From positions 1 to 49,143 of the forward strand of contig LCOP01000006.1 of assembly GCA_000996605.1 (NCBI GenBank): a stretch of 49,143 nt of DNA. Reading direction: 5' to 3'. Origin of the DNA: Parcubacteria group bacterium GW2011_GWA1_47_8 (GTDB lineage Bacteria; Patescibacteriota; Minisyncoccia; Phycocordibacterales; UBA1550). Positions 25,443 to 34,441 of the stretch are shown here, one piece after another. The position numbers and the translations under genes were made by a program. Below the pieces are notes generated by a model that made no database searches, was not told the origin of the DNA, and worked only from the letters and a program-made list of their open reading frames with translations. Every line of letters begins with the position of its first letter. Position 1 is the stretch's first letter.

Positions 25443-27422
25443 TTACCACTCAATACGAATGACCGGTTCGTGATCGCTGTCGGCAGTCTCGTGTTCGAGG
25501 TGCGCATCGTCGATGTCGGAGAGGAATTCCGATGGCGCATTCACTTGCCGTTGGCCGTAGATTGTGCGGACGGATGCGTACGAAAGAAAAAGTTTTTTCT
25601 TGGCGCGCGTGACGGCGACGTAGAACAATCGCCGCTCTTCTTCTTGGTCTTCTTTTGATACGCGCGCTTCGCTCATTCGGCGATGCGGAAAGAGGTCTTG
25701 CTCAAGGCCCGTGACAAAAACATAAGGAAATTCAAGGCCTTTTGCGGCATGGACGGTCATGAGCTTCACTGCGCTTTCGTTTTTTATCAGCGAATCTTGG
25801 TCGCTCGCAAGCGCGGCATCGGCGAGAAGTTTCTCTATCGCTTCTTCGGGCGCGAGAATGTCGTATTTGGTGGCGAGGGTGACGAGCTCGTGGATATTTT
25901 CAAGGCGGTCATTGTCTTCGTCGGTTCCTGTTTTGAGCGACGCTTCGATGCCGGTTTTTTCGGAAACAAATTTGATGAGCTTGGAAGTTTTCTCACTGAG
26001 CGCAGTCTCGCGGATACTTTCGAGAAGTTTTTTGAAATCTTGTACGCGTTTTTGTGCGCCGGGCGCGAGGCTCGCCACATCATTTGCAAACATCTTTGCA
26101 AGCGTCGCTTTGCCGATGCCGCGCGGCGGCACGTCGATGACGCGCTTGATATCCGACAGGCTTTCGGGATTCAGCCCCGCACGGATAAAGGACAAAATGT
26201 CCTTGACCTCTTTGCGTTCAAAGAATCGTACGCCGAGGACTTGGTACGGTATCCCCATCATGAGGAAGGCTTCTTCGAGCGCGCGCGATTGGAAGTTCGC
26301 GCGATAGAGTACCGCGATGGATTGCGGGCTCTCCCCTCCCGCGATGATTCCCTTGACCTTTTCTCCGACCGCGCGCGCTTCGGCACCCTCGTCGTAGGAT
26401 TCTATAATGCTTATTTTTTCACCCTTGGCGTTTTTGGTAAATAAATTTTTGTCTTTGCGGACGGTGTTTTTCGTGATGATGTCATTTGCCGCGGCGAGGA
26501 TCGTTTGCGTGGAGCGATAGTTTTCCTCGAGGAGGATTGTGCGCGCGTTCGGATAGTCTTCTTCGAAGTTGAGAATATTCTTTATATTCGCACCGCGCCA
26601 GCTGTAAATGTTTTGATCACCGTCGCCGACTGCGCAGATGTTGCGGTTATCACCAGCGAGGAGTCGCGCGAGTTCGTACTGCACGCCGTTCGTGTCTTGG
26701 TATTCATCGATGTGAATGTATTTCCAGCGCTTGAGATACGCGTTCCGGATATCCTCATTATCCCGAAGTAAGATAACGGTTTTGAGGATAAGGTCGTCAA
26801 AATCAAGCCCTCCTTCTCGCTTGAGGAGTTTCTCGTAGCGTTCCCACACCGATGAAACGATCAGGGGGAAATACGCATTGCCGGCATCTGCGCGGTATGT
26901 TTCGAGGGTGACAAGATTCCCTTTTTGTCCCGAGATGACATGCGCAATGCGGTCCGGCGAGAATTGTTTTGAGTCCAACCCCTCTGCCTTTACCGCTTCT
27001 TTGATGAGCGAGAGCGCGTCAGATTTGTCGAGGATGGTGAAATGTTTGGTAAGCCCGAACACCTGCGCATGCGCACGAAGGACGTGTACGCCGAGCGAAT
27101 GAAATGTTCCGATGAACGGGCGCGCATCTCCTGCCTCTGCCGGAAACCCGCGCGTGGCAGGCAGGCCGTGACGAAGCCCCGCCCCGAATCCGTGTTGCTC
27201 AAGGAGCACATCAACGCGTTCCTGCATCTCACGAGCGGCTTTGTTGGTAAAGGTGATAGCGAGAATTTCGCTCGGCGTGACGCCTTCTTTGATGAGATGG
27301 AGGATGCGGTGCGTGAGGGTGCTCGTTTTTCCCGTGCCGGCGCCCGCGATGATGAGGAGCGGGCCGTCTTTGTGGAGCGCCGCTTCGCGTTGCATGGCAT
27401 TTAAATGTTTCAAGTGTTCCAT
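25443..27422 (-). CDS. pcrA: ATP-dependent DNA helicase PcrA/UvrD (SF1)
   Basis: Motif I AGAGTGKTSTLTHRI, DEYQDTN, and the VHAAKGLEF and YVAVTRAKKKL motifs. The likely ATG is at 27422 (MEHLKHLN); the ORF track extends to 27440. Confidence 0.9.
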   Translation of the reverse strand: MEHLKHLNAMQREAALHKDGPLLIIAGAGTGKTSTLTHRILHLIKEGVTPSEILAITFTNKAAREMQERVDVLLEQHGFGAGLRHGLPATRGFPAEAGDARPFIGTFHSLGVHVLRAHAQVFGLTKHFTILDKSDALSLIKEAVKAEGLDSKQFSPDRIAHVISGQKGNLVTLETYRADAGNAYFPLIVSSVWERYEKLLKREGGLDFDDLILKTVILLRDNEDIRNAYLKRWKYIHIDEYQDTNGVQYELARLLAGDNRNICAVGDGDQNIYSWRGANIKNILNFEEDYPNARTILLEENYRSTQTILAAANDIITKNTVRKDKNLFTKNAKGEKISIIESYDEGAEARAVGEKVKGIIAGGESPQSIAVLYRANFQSRALEEAFLMMGIPYQVLGVRFFERKEVKDILSFIRAGLNPESLSDIKRVIDVPPRGIGKATLAKMFANDVASLAPGAQKRVQDFKKLLESIRETALSEKTSKLIKFVSEKTGIEASLKTGTDEDNDRLENIHELVTLATKYDILAPEEAIEKLLADAALASDQDSLIKNESAVKLMTVHAAKGLEFPYVFVTGLEQDLFPHRRMSEARVSKEDQEEERRLFYVAVTRAKKKLFLSYASVRTIYGQRQVNAPSEFLSDIDDAHLEHETADSDHEPVIRIEW

Positions 27423-27455
27423 GGGGACACTGTAGCACAAAACAAGCTCACCGCT

Positions 27456-27524
27456 TAATATCTTTGTTTCAAATTCCCCAGTTTGGTACTATAGTACCAA
27501 ACTGGGGAATTTGAAAAGATATTA
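27456..27524. repeat. Long palindrome: perfect 23-bp arms with no spacer (27469-27514), extended by 10 more bp after a 2-nt bulge
   Basis: tcaaattccccagtttggtacta|tagtaccaaactggggaatttga, flanked by taatatcttt(gt)t ... aaaagatatta. Confidence 0.8.
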
Positions 27525-27555
27525 CTGTACAGAACCATCATGGGGAGCCACTCAC

Positions 27556-27603
27556 ACACTATCTACCTATACGGTACGATAGTATCGTATAGGTAGATAG
27601 TGT
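27556..27603. repeat. Second long palindrome: perfect 18-bp arms with a 12-nt spacer
   Basis: acactatctacctatacg-gtacgatagtat-cgtataggtagatagtgt. Confidence 0.8.
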
Positions 27604-27612
27604 TAAAAATTT

Positions 27613-27930
27613 CTATTCGCTTTTGATATCTTTATTTTGCGCGGCGCGGAAGGATTCGACAACACGCGCGGTCTCTTCCTGCATGATGTCGTAGAGGTGC
27701 GGTACATTGAGTTCGAGGAATTCCTGAATGCGCTCATTGTCGCCTTCTTTGCTGAGTACCTCGAATTCTTCGCGCGCGTCCTGAGGGAGTTTCTCAAGAA
27801 TACCAAGGGTCACTGATTGCAAAATGATCCCACCTATTTTTGTGACGATTTCATTCTGCGCTTCTTCGGGGAGATCGGCGAGACCGAGTTCTTTGATTAA
27901 AATATTGCGAATTTCTTGTTCGTTGTTCAT
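27613..27930 (-). CDS. Small acidic helical protein, unknown function
   Basis: 105-aa ORF 25 nt downstream of the 763-aa gene. Confidence 0.55.
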   Translation of the reverse strand: MNNEQEIRNILIKELGLADLPEEAQNEIVTKIGGIILQSVTLGILEKLPQDAREEFEVLSKEGDNERIQEFLELNVPHLYDIMQEETARVVESFRAAQNKDIKSE

Positions 27931-27954
27931 GGTAAATGAATTATGGGTGATAAG

Positions 27955-30246
27955 CTAAACGGTGTATTGCCCCAAGGGATTTTTTGAGATTAGTGTGGCG
28001 GCGGCACGGCGTATATAATCCTGCACATTTTCGTTGGATGCAAGGGGTACGCCGGTTCTGTTCATGGTTTCTTCAAGATATCCTTGCATGGCGCGAAGAT
28101 CTTCAGGTGACTCCATGCCAAATTTTCTCATATTGCTATCGGTATCAAGCACTCCGCTGAACGGATTTGTCGATGGGTTAGGGGTCATAATCTCCCCCAC
28201 GGTTTTTCCTGAAAAGCCGACATCAGGATCCTTCCAACTGATCGCATCCATGCCGTTTTGTGCGCCGATGCCAAAAATCCCTTCCGTGCCAAATAGTTTG
28301 TTCATGTCGCTCTTCATTATCTCGTCTGCTTGTCCAAAAATCTCTGGGTTGGCGAGAGATGGGTCTATGGGGGGCGTTGCCAGCTCGACCACGGGTTCAG
28401 GCGCAAGTGGTACTTCTGGGAAAGGATTGACGGTGCCAGTTGGATTATCGGCACCGCCGTACGTTTCTGCCGTAGCAAAATTTTCCATGCTTGCCGGCAG
28501 GTGCGCGGCTTTTTCAAGCTGTGAATCCATGTATTCTTTGTCAAAGCTGATCGTTTCGCCGATTGCGAGCGTGTTCGGGTCAACGTTTGGCCGCATTTCC
28601 GCCACGTTGTCTTTTATGACGTCGATAAGATGCGTTTTTTGTTCGGGAGATAAGGAAGTGAATTTGTCGCCGTACGTTTCTTGAAGTTGGCGCTCGGACA
28701 AACTCCACAAAGAATCCCCTTGTTGCGCGGTTTCTAAGTATGACGTGGATGTTGTGGGTGCGGGTGGTGTGCCGTCCGCGCCGTCAAAGAACCCTGTTAC
28801 AGTGTCTTTTGCACCCTCGATGAGATCGGGGGCGTGTGAAGCTATCCCGGAAAGTGCGCCGGTGAAAAGAGCCGCGCCCAAAAGTGCCTTGAGGGTATCC
28901 CTGTCAAATTGTTGCATCGTTCTTTCTCGCCCTTCTTTTTCCGCTTTTTTCGCATACCTCGCTTCAAGTGCGACAAAAAAGGCTGACCCTCCTAAAAATC
29001 GGGAGATCAGGGCGCCTGTTGAGGCGGCGCCCGCAACAAGCGCGGAACCCGCTAAGACTCCTAATCCGCCGGCAAGGAGAAGACCAATAGAGAAACTGAT
29101 TTTTTCCCCGCGCGATCGTTTTCCCCACCATTCCCCCGTGGCGCGGATAGCACCAATAAACCCCGATTTTTCTGCGCGCACATTAACCTGCTTTTGGAGC
29201 ATCTTGATGATTTCCTCGTTTTCCTCAATCTTTTCTGCTATGTTGTCGGTAGTATTCTCTGCTTGCTCCAATTCCCTCTCCAGCTTCATCACATTTTCTT
29301 GCGCCTGTTTCAGTGTCTCCTCGGGTTTTCCAGAACCAAAATTGTTTGCGACCTCGTGTGCTTCTTTTTCTGTTTGTTCAACAATTTTTGTGACCTCTGC
29401 TTGATCTGCGGGCGACAGTTCATTTTCCACCGCAATTTTGTCCTCTAGTCCATTGATGGTTCGCTCTATCCCTTCCAGCGTTTTTTCTTCCTCTTTGGTC
29501 AGCTCCCCCATCCCTTCTGCTGAGCTCGTGGCGTCTTCGTTTTTTACGGCGATTATTTTTGGTAGCTCGGGAGTTTTATCGGGATGAGGAGCCTCAGTAG
29601 GTGGCTCTGTCATCGGATCATTTTTTTTTGCCTTCTCTGCGTCAATGCGTCGGATTGCCGCTTCATACGCGGAAACAAGAGGGTTTCCCTTGGTAGTCTT
29701 TTGGGTTTCGGGGGTGAGTCCGTACCGTTCGAGTCCCGTTTCATACGATGAGCGAATTGCCTTACCCTCTTCTTCGACTTCTTGCGGAGCGGGAACATCG
29801 GCTTCACCGAGCGAGGATGCTACGGGAGGGTTTTCAGTTTCGGTGTCGTCGCCTGTCGCCAAAATACGTGCGCGTTCTTGCGCCAGAGAGAGCTCTTCTT
29901 TTTCAAGCTCGCTTATTTCTTGTCTCACGCCTTGCGTCTCTTGTATTGCTCCGATCCTGATTGCTTCTTCGAGTTCCGTACGGCGGGACACTATTTCCTC
30001 CTCCGCCTTTTCGACTTTGATGAGTTTTGTTTTTGGTTGCGGCGACGGTTCAGGCGCCTTTTTAAAAAATTCCGGAATTGTGGTTTCGACTTGCGACAGA
30101 GGCACGCTTCCCTCTTTGAGTATACTATGCAGAGCGCTACGCTTCCCCTCTGTCAATGGTTTTTCCTGTGGGCGCGGTGGAACGACATCAGTATTTTGCG
30201 GCATTGCTTGTGCGGGTCTCCGCAATCCTTCAAAGTTTCCATTCAT
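27955..30246 (-). CDS. Large membrane protein: acidic coiled-coil-like N-terminal half, 2-4 TM helices, C-terminal region containing a LysM-like segment; unknown function
   Basis: 763-aa ORF. The E/K-rich region is followed by hydrophobic stretches ISFSIGLLLAGGLGVLAGSALVAGAASTGALI and ALLGAALFTGALSGIA. The segment QQGDSLWSLSERQL...LAIGETISF is LysM-like. Confidence 0.6.
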   Translation of the reverse strand: MNGNFEGLRRPAQAMPQNTDVVPPRPQEKPLTEGKRSALHSILKEGSVPLSQVETTIPEFFKKAPEPSPQPKTKLIKVEKAEEEIVSRRTELEEAIRIGAIQETQGVRQEISELEKEELSLAQERARILATGDDTETENPPVASSLGEADVPAPQEVEEEGKAIRSSYETGLERYGLTPETQKTTKGNPLVSAYEAAIRRIDAEKAKKNDPMTEPPTEAPHPDKTPELPKIIAVKNEDATSSAEGMGELTKEEEKTLEGIERTINGLEDKIAVENELSPADQAEVTKIVEQTEKEAHEVANNFGSGKPEETLKQAQENVMKLERELEQAENTTDNIAEKIEENEEIIKMLQKQVNVRAEKSGFIGAIRATGEWWGKRSRGEKISFSIGLLLAGGLGVLAGSALVAGAASTGALISRFLGGSAFFVALEARYAKKAEKEGRERTMQQFDRDTLKALLGAALFTGALSGIASHAPDLIEGAKDTVTGFFDGADGTPPAPTTSTSYLETAQQGDSLWSLSERQLQETYGDKFTSLSPEQKTHLIDVIKDNVAEMRPNVDPNTLAIGETISFDKEYMDSQLEKAAHLPASMENFATAETYGGADNPTGTVNPFPEVPLAPEPVVELATPPIDPSLANPEIFGQADEIMKSDMNKLFGTEGIFGIGAQNGMDAISWKDPDVGFSGKTVGEIMTPNPSTNPFSGVLDTDSNMRKFGMESPEDLRAMQGYLEETMNRTGVPLASNENVQDYIRRAAATLISKNPLGQYTV

Positions 30247-30334
30247 TAACTTTTATTATCGCACACTCACACACGTTTATGCAACGAATATGTGTAATTT
30301 TTTGATTTTTTTCGGTAAAATTATCGGCATTTTG

Positions 30335-30343
30335 TTATCCACA
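30335..30343. promoter_or_regulatory. Perfect DnaA box TTATCCACA upstream of the LysM/M23 peptidase promoter
   Basis: Exact 9-mer read in sequence, 40 nt upstream of the TATACT at 30384-30389. Confidence 0.45.
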
Positions 30344-30375
30344 CCCACCCACTAAAAGGGTTCACGAAACAGTGG

Positions 30376-30389
30376 TTTTGTGCTATACT
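30376..30389 (+). promoter_or_regulatory. Extended -10 promoter TTTTGTGCTATACT (identical to 23318-23331)
   Basis: Exact 14-mer repeat, 16 nt upstream of the TTG start at 30406. Confidence 0.5.
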
Positions 30390-30405
30390 CAAAAAACTGT
30401 AGGGA

Positions 30406-31590
30406 TTGGCCCTCAGCACCCCAGAAACACGGTATTTTCGGTCACGGAAGCACACGGCAGTACGGCAGAATAAATTTCGACATATTTATACCAACTTTCA
30501 GAACCCCGAGCGTGAGCGTTTCTTGAGGAGCCGGGCGAAATACTCAAATTTTTCAAGGATTCTCGTCCTGGGGGGGCTTGTTTTGTCTGTGACTATTGGT
30601 GTTGTTTTCCCGCCTTCCAGAGCAGATGCGCGGGCTTTTTCGTTTTTTGGAGTAAACATCTCTTTGGACGACTTGTTCAAGAAAACAGAACCTCAAAATT
30701 CTCAAACAATCTTGTTTCTCGAGGCGGCAACGAACATTGATCCCATCTCGGGAAGGGGTGGCGGCGACATCACGATTGTGGACGACAGCGCCTTTCTTCC
30801 TGACGTGGGGCCTTCCGGCACGATTGCTGACATCGAGTCGAACGAGAATCAAGGGAAAATAAGTCTCTACGTTGTTCGTTCTAACGATACGCTTTCTAAA
30901 ATCGCCGAAATGTTCGGCGTGAGCGTAAACACGATTGTGTGGGGAAATGATCTTGACCGTAAAGCCACTCTTAGTGTTGGGCAGACACTCGTCATCCTTC
31001 CCGTAAACGGTATTCAATACACAGTAAAGAAGGGCGATACTATTCAGGGGATTGCCAAGAAATACAAGGGTGATGTTGATGAAATTATCACGTTTAACAA
31101 CCTTGTCTCCAGAGGGAAGCTTGCGGTCGGCGACACAATTATTATTCCGGGTGGCGAAGAGATTGCCCCAGAGTCACCCAAGAGCGTGCCGAAGTCTTCT
31201 CAAGTGCGCGTGATTGCCAAGTATCCGTCGTATGCTGGTTACTATACCCATCCTTTGCCGGGTATGGTAGCCAAAACACAAGGAATTCACGGATATAACG
31301 GCGTTGACCTTGGCGCGCCAAAAGGATCGACCGTACTCGCGGCGGCGGAAGGTGTGATAATTGTGAGCCGTTACCGTGACGGAAATCCGTGGTTTGGGGG
31401 ATACGGCAACAACATTATCATCGAGCATCCAAATGGCACACAGACCCTCTATGCGCACCTAAGTGCCGTATATGTGCATGCCGGTGTGCGTGTGGAAAAG
31501 GGTCAACCGATCGCCGAAGTTGGCTCTACGGGCAGATCGACCGGTTCGCACCTCCACTTTGAAGTACGTGGAGCGAAGAATCCGTTTTAG
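30406..31590 (+). CDS. LysM-domain-containing M23-family (LytM-type) peptidoglycan endopeptidase
   Basis: TM anchor. Two LysM repeats (YVVRSNDTLSKIAEMFGVSVNTIVWGN and YTVKKGDTIQGIAKKYKGDVDEIITFN). M23 motifs HGYNGVDLGAP and GSTGRSTGSHLHFEVR. TTG start per the ORF track. Confidence 0.88.
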   Translation: MALSTPETRYFRSRKHTAVRQNKFRHIYTNFQNPERERFLRSRAKYSNFSRILVLGGLVLSVTIGVVFPPSRADARAFSFFGVNISLDDLFKKTEPQNSQTILFLEAATNIDPISGRGGGDITIVDDSAFLPDVGPSGTIADIESNENQGKISLYVVRSNDTLSKIAEMFGVSVNTIVWGNDLDRKATLSVGQTLVILPVNGIQYTVKKGDTIQGIAKKYKGDVDEIITFNNLVSRGKLAVGDTIIIPGGEEIAPESPKSVPKSSQVRVIAKYPSYAGYYTHPLPGMVAKTQGIHGYNGVDLGAPKGSTVLAAAEGVIIVSRYRDGNPWFGGYGNNIIIEHPNGTQTLYAHLSAVYVHAGVRVEKGQPIAEVGSTGRSTGSHLHFEVRGAKNPF

Positions 31591-31601
31591 GGGGGGGTGG
31601 G

Positions 31602-31708
31602 GCAGAATGTAGAATTTTGAATATGGAATGTAGAAAAATACGGGCGAGACCAAAGGTCTCGCCCGTATTTTCATTCTATAATTCCATATTCTACATTCTC
31701 TATTCTAG
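31602..31708. repeat. Imperfect palindrome of about 105 nt built from GAATGTAGAA/ATGGAAT words around the terminator
   Basis: The left arm is gcagaatgtagaattttgaatatggaatgtagaa. The reverse complement of the right arm is gctagaatagagaatgtagaatatggaattatagaatg. Confidence 0.6.
31635..31671. terminator. Bidirectional intrinsic terminator between convergent genes (17-bp perfect stem)
   Basis: aaaatacgggcgagacc-aaa-ggtctcgcccgtatttt. An A-run precedes it and a T-run follows. Confidence 0.85.
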
Positions 31709-31714
31709 CTGACT

Positions 31715-33250
31715 CTACCTCAATTCCGTCGGTCGGTATGCAAGGGCTTCGAGGAGGTGTGGTTCTGCGACATGTGTGCTCCCCTCGAGGTCTGCAATGG
31801 TGCGCGCGACTTTGAGGACGCGGTGATATGAACGCGGGGAAAGCTTCAAGCGCTCCGCGGAAGTATTAAAAAGTGCGCGGAGTTTTGGGGGCAGAGAAAC
31901 CAATGTTTCAAGATCGTTCGCCCGCATTTCACTGTTGGTGGTGATCGCACGGGGGTGCTCGACAAAGCGCGCATGTTGCCTGTCCCGCGCAAGGGCGATA
32001 CGGGCGTTGACGGCTTGGGTTGTTTCGCCGGCACGCATATTCGAAAGTTTATCAGGACTTATGTGTGCAACCTTTACCCAAAGGTCTATACGGTCGATGA
32101 TCGGACCGGAGAGTTTGCGTTGATAGGACGCAAGGGTGCCGGGCATACAGGTACAACGTTCCTCGCTTCCGTATTTACCACACGGGCACGGGTTCATTGC
32201 GGCGAGCAAGATGAATCGCGCGGGGAATGATTCATACCCTTTGCTTCGTGAAATACGAATGTGCCCTTCTTCGAGTGGTTCACGAAGGGACTCGATTACC
32301 CTCCGGTCAAATTCAGGAAATTCGTCGAGGAAAAGCACACCGCGATGTGCGAGAGTGATTTCGCCCGGCTTTGGAATGCTTCCGCCACCGATGACAGATG
32401 GGTATGACGCGGTATGATGGGGCGCGCGCAAGGGCGGGCAGGCGATAATTTCTTCACGCAAGGTTCCCGCAACCGAATGAATGCCGGTGACCTCGAGCAT
32501 CTCGTTTTTGGAGAGTTCGGGGAGGAGGTGTGGGAAAGCTTGCGCGAGCATTGTTTTCCCCGTGCCGGGCGGTCCCCACATGGCGAGGTTGTGTTTGCCA
32601 GCGGCGGCTATTTCGAGTGCGCGCTTCGCAAATTCTTGACCTTTGATATGCGCAAGGTCGACCTTGGAGTCAAGCGATTCATTTGTTTTTTGTGTATTGT
32701 CTCGCACATGTGCGGGAATAGTGCGAGGTTTTTCTTGATCGAGGTGTTTGATAACGTCGTTTAACGTTTGCACGCCGTAGACCGTGAGTCCGGTAATGAG
32801 CGCCGCTTCATTGGCGTTTTCTTGTGGCACAAAGAGCTCCGAAAAGCCGGACGCCAATGCCGCCTCGGCAAAGAGTAGTGTGCCGCGGATAGGACGAAGT
32901 TTTCCGTCGAGGGATAATTCACCCAAGAAAAGTTTCCCTGCAGGGTCAAAGTCCACTTCTTCTGAAGCGCCCAGATATGCAAGCGCGATGGCGAGATCGT
33001 AATGAGAGCCTTCCTTTTTTATTTCCGCAGGAGCGAGCGAGATGACCACTTTTTGATTTTTCTGTTTTGGCGAAGTAAAACCAGAGTTCTTTATCGCGGC
33101 GCTGACGCGGTCGCGCGCTTCCTCGACTGCTTTGTTGGGGAGACCTACCAACGAAAAAGAGTGGAGCCCATGAGAGAGATCCACTTCAACATCGATGATA
33201 TGTGCGGTCAGACCCAGTGTTTGTGCAGAGTATATTTTTGAGAATTGCAT
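31715..33250 (-). CDS. comM: YifB/ComM-family Mg-chelatase-like AAA+ ATPase
   Basis: N-terminal Lon-protease-like domain (VDLSHGLHSFSLVGLPNKAVEEARDRV), Walker A GPPGTGKTM, Walker B VLFLDEFPEF, a Cys cluster. 511 aa. Confidence 0.9.
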   Translation of the reverse strand: MQFSKIYSAQTLGLTAHIIDVEVDLSHGLHSFSLVGLPNKAVEEARDRVSAAIKNSGFTSPKQKNQKVVISLAPAEIKKEGSHYDLAIALAYLGASEEVDFDPAGKLFLGELSLDGKLRPIRGTLLFAEAALASGFSELFVPQENANEAALITGLTVYGVQTLNDVIKHLDQEKPRTIPAHVRDNTQKTNESLDSKVDLAHIKGQEFAKRALEIAAAGKHNLAMWGPPGTGKTMLAQAFPHLLPELSKNEMLEVTGIHSVAGTLREEIIACPPLRAPHHTASYPSVIGGGSIPKPGEITLAHRGVLFLDEFPEFDRRVIESLREPLEEGHIRISRSKGYESFPARFILLAAMNPCPCGKYGSEERCTCMPGTLASYQRKLSGPIIDRIDLWVKVAHISPDKLSNMRAGETTQAVNARIALARDRQHARFVEHPRAITTNSEMRANDLETLVSLPPKLRALFNTSAERLKLSPRSYHRVLKVARTIADLEGSTHVAEPHLLEALAYRPTELR

Positions 33251-33407
33251 AGCAGAGAAGTATTTTACGTATTCAAAAAAGATCTCGTTTAAACCTTAAA
33301 GAAAACGGTTTCGGTACGAAGGTATTGAAAGAAATTACTAAATCATAGCCAGTCTTTTATGGGGGATCCAGAGTTTTTACAGCTTCCTTATATTCTGAAG
33401 ATAGTTC

Positions 33408-33959
33408 TCATACAACTTGATTATAGTCGGCATTTATGATGTCTTGATGACCTCCCGCACAGGTATCTTTGCGAGCGTTGGTGGAGGGGGCCTCTAACTT
33501 ATGAATTGACACAACGGGCTCCCATTGGTCTGTGCTTGTGCACGCAGTACCACCGCATTTTAAGGGATCGGTACTAACGCAATGCGCGGGGTCGTATGCG
33601 TAATAGTAGGTTACTCCGTCATGCTTTGGGTCTTTGGGAACGGCGGATAAATAGGGTGCTAATGCCGCATCGATGGGATTTCCAATACCGATTTGTGCGC
33701 CTACTGAGTCAGACACAGGAGATGAGGCCACTTGGTTCGGCCCCAGATCTGTTCCGGGAACTTGCCCGTGGTCGTTTTCATATAATGCAATAGCTGTTAC
33801 GATTGCTTGGATCTCCGCGATCCTTTTGGTGTCGCGCGCTTTTGCCCGAGCCGAATTAAGCGATGAAAGAACTATTGATGAAAGGAGACTTATTATCGAT
33901 ATCACCACGAGTAATTCAATCAGCGTAAACCCCGCACAACGATTGTTCAGATGTTTCAT
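33408..33959 (-). CDS. Type IV pilin / pseudopilin with prepilin-type N-terminal cleavage-methylation motif
   Basis: AGFTLIELLVVISIISLLSSIVL class III signal. Cys-containing C-terminal domain. 183 aa. Confidence 0.85.
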   Translation of the reverse strand: MKHLNNRCAGFTLIELLVVISIISLLSSIVLSSLNSARAKARDTKRIAEIQAIVTAIALYENDHGQVPGTDLGPNQVASSPVSDSVGAQIGIGNPIDAALAPYLSAVPKDPKHDGVTYYYAYDPAHCVSTDPLKCGGTACTSTDQWEPVVSIHKLEAPSTNARKDTCAGGHQDIINADYNQVV

Positions 33960-34025
33960 TGCCTCTAAATTGTAACATAGATGTATTGATTTGTACCATT
34001 TGGGTTAGTGAAAAATGCGCCGTGC

Positions 34026-34385
34026 TTACTCTTCGCGGTGTGCGATACAGGTGCGGGCGCTAGGGTTGGCCCGCAGACGCGCTTCTTCGATGGGGGCTTT
34101 GCATATCGTGCAAGTTCCATAGGTGCCGGCTTCGATACGCGTAAGAGCGGCAGTGACGTTCATGAGCTCGGCTTCCAACTCGACTTCGATTGCCGCTTGG
34201 TTTTCGAATTTCTCGATACTGTCGGCAACTTCATCGGGGTCTGCTACCACGATATTCAAATCAGGAGCGGACGGTTCCCAGTCCCCCTTGATGTCGGGAT
34301 TTTTGTGCGCGATACCCGAGAGCTCCCCCTCGAGACGTGTTTTTTCGGCAAGTAATAAGTTTTTGAATTCTATGAAATTTTCCAT
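34026..34385 (-). CDS. TraR/DksA-family zinc-finger protein
   Basis: Coiled-coil N-terminus plus C-terminal CTICKAPIEEARLRANPSARTCIAH (CxxC...CxxH). 119 aa. Confidence 0.75.
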   Translation of the reverse strand: MENFIEFKNLLLAEKTRLEGELSGIAHKNPDIKGDWEPSAPDLNIVVADPDEVADSIEKFENQAAIEVELEAELMNVTAALTRIEAGTYGTCTICKAPIEEARLRANPSARTCIAHREE

Positions 34386-34441
34386 AATAAAGACAGTGTA
34401 TCACGGCATACGCCAAACGCAACAGGGGAAATTGACTATTT

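Noticed and set aside
25683-26444. 253-aa plus-strand ORF, together with 25759-26307, 26878-27102 and 27042-27404, antisense to pcrA
   Set aside because: These ORFs lie entirely inside the well-supported pcrA gene. Their products are low-complexity and Arg/Ser/Phe-rich, as expected for antisense frames of GC-rich coding DNA. They have no start context.
28034-30355. Several long plus-strand ORFs (28034-28684, 28745-29404, 29645-30355, 29782-30249) antisense to the 763-aa gene
   Set aside because: The sense-strand ORF is uninterrupted over 2.3 kb with coherent domain structure. The antisense products are Ser/Ala/Pro/Phe-rich with no motifs, so they are typical shadow ORFs.
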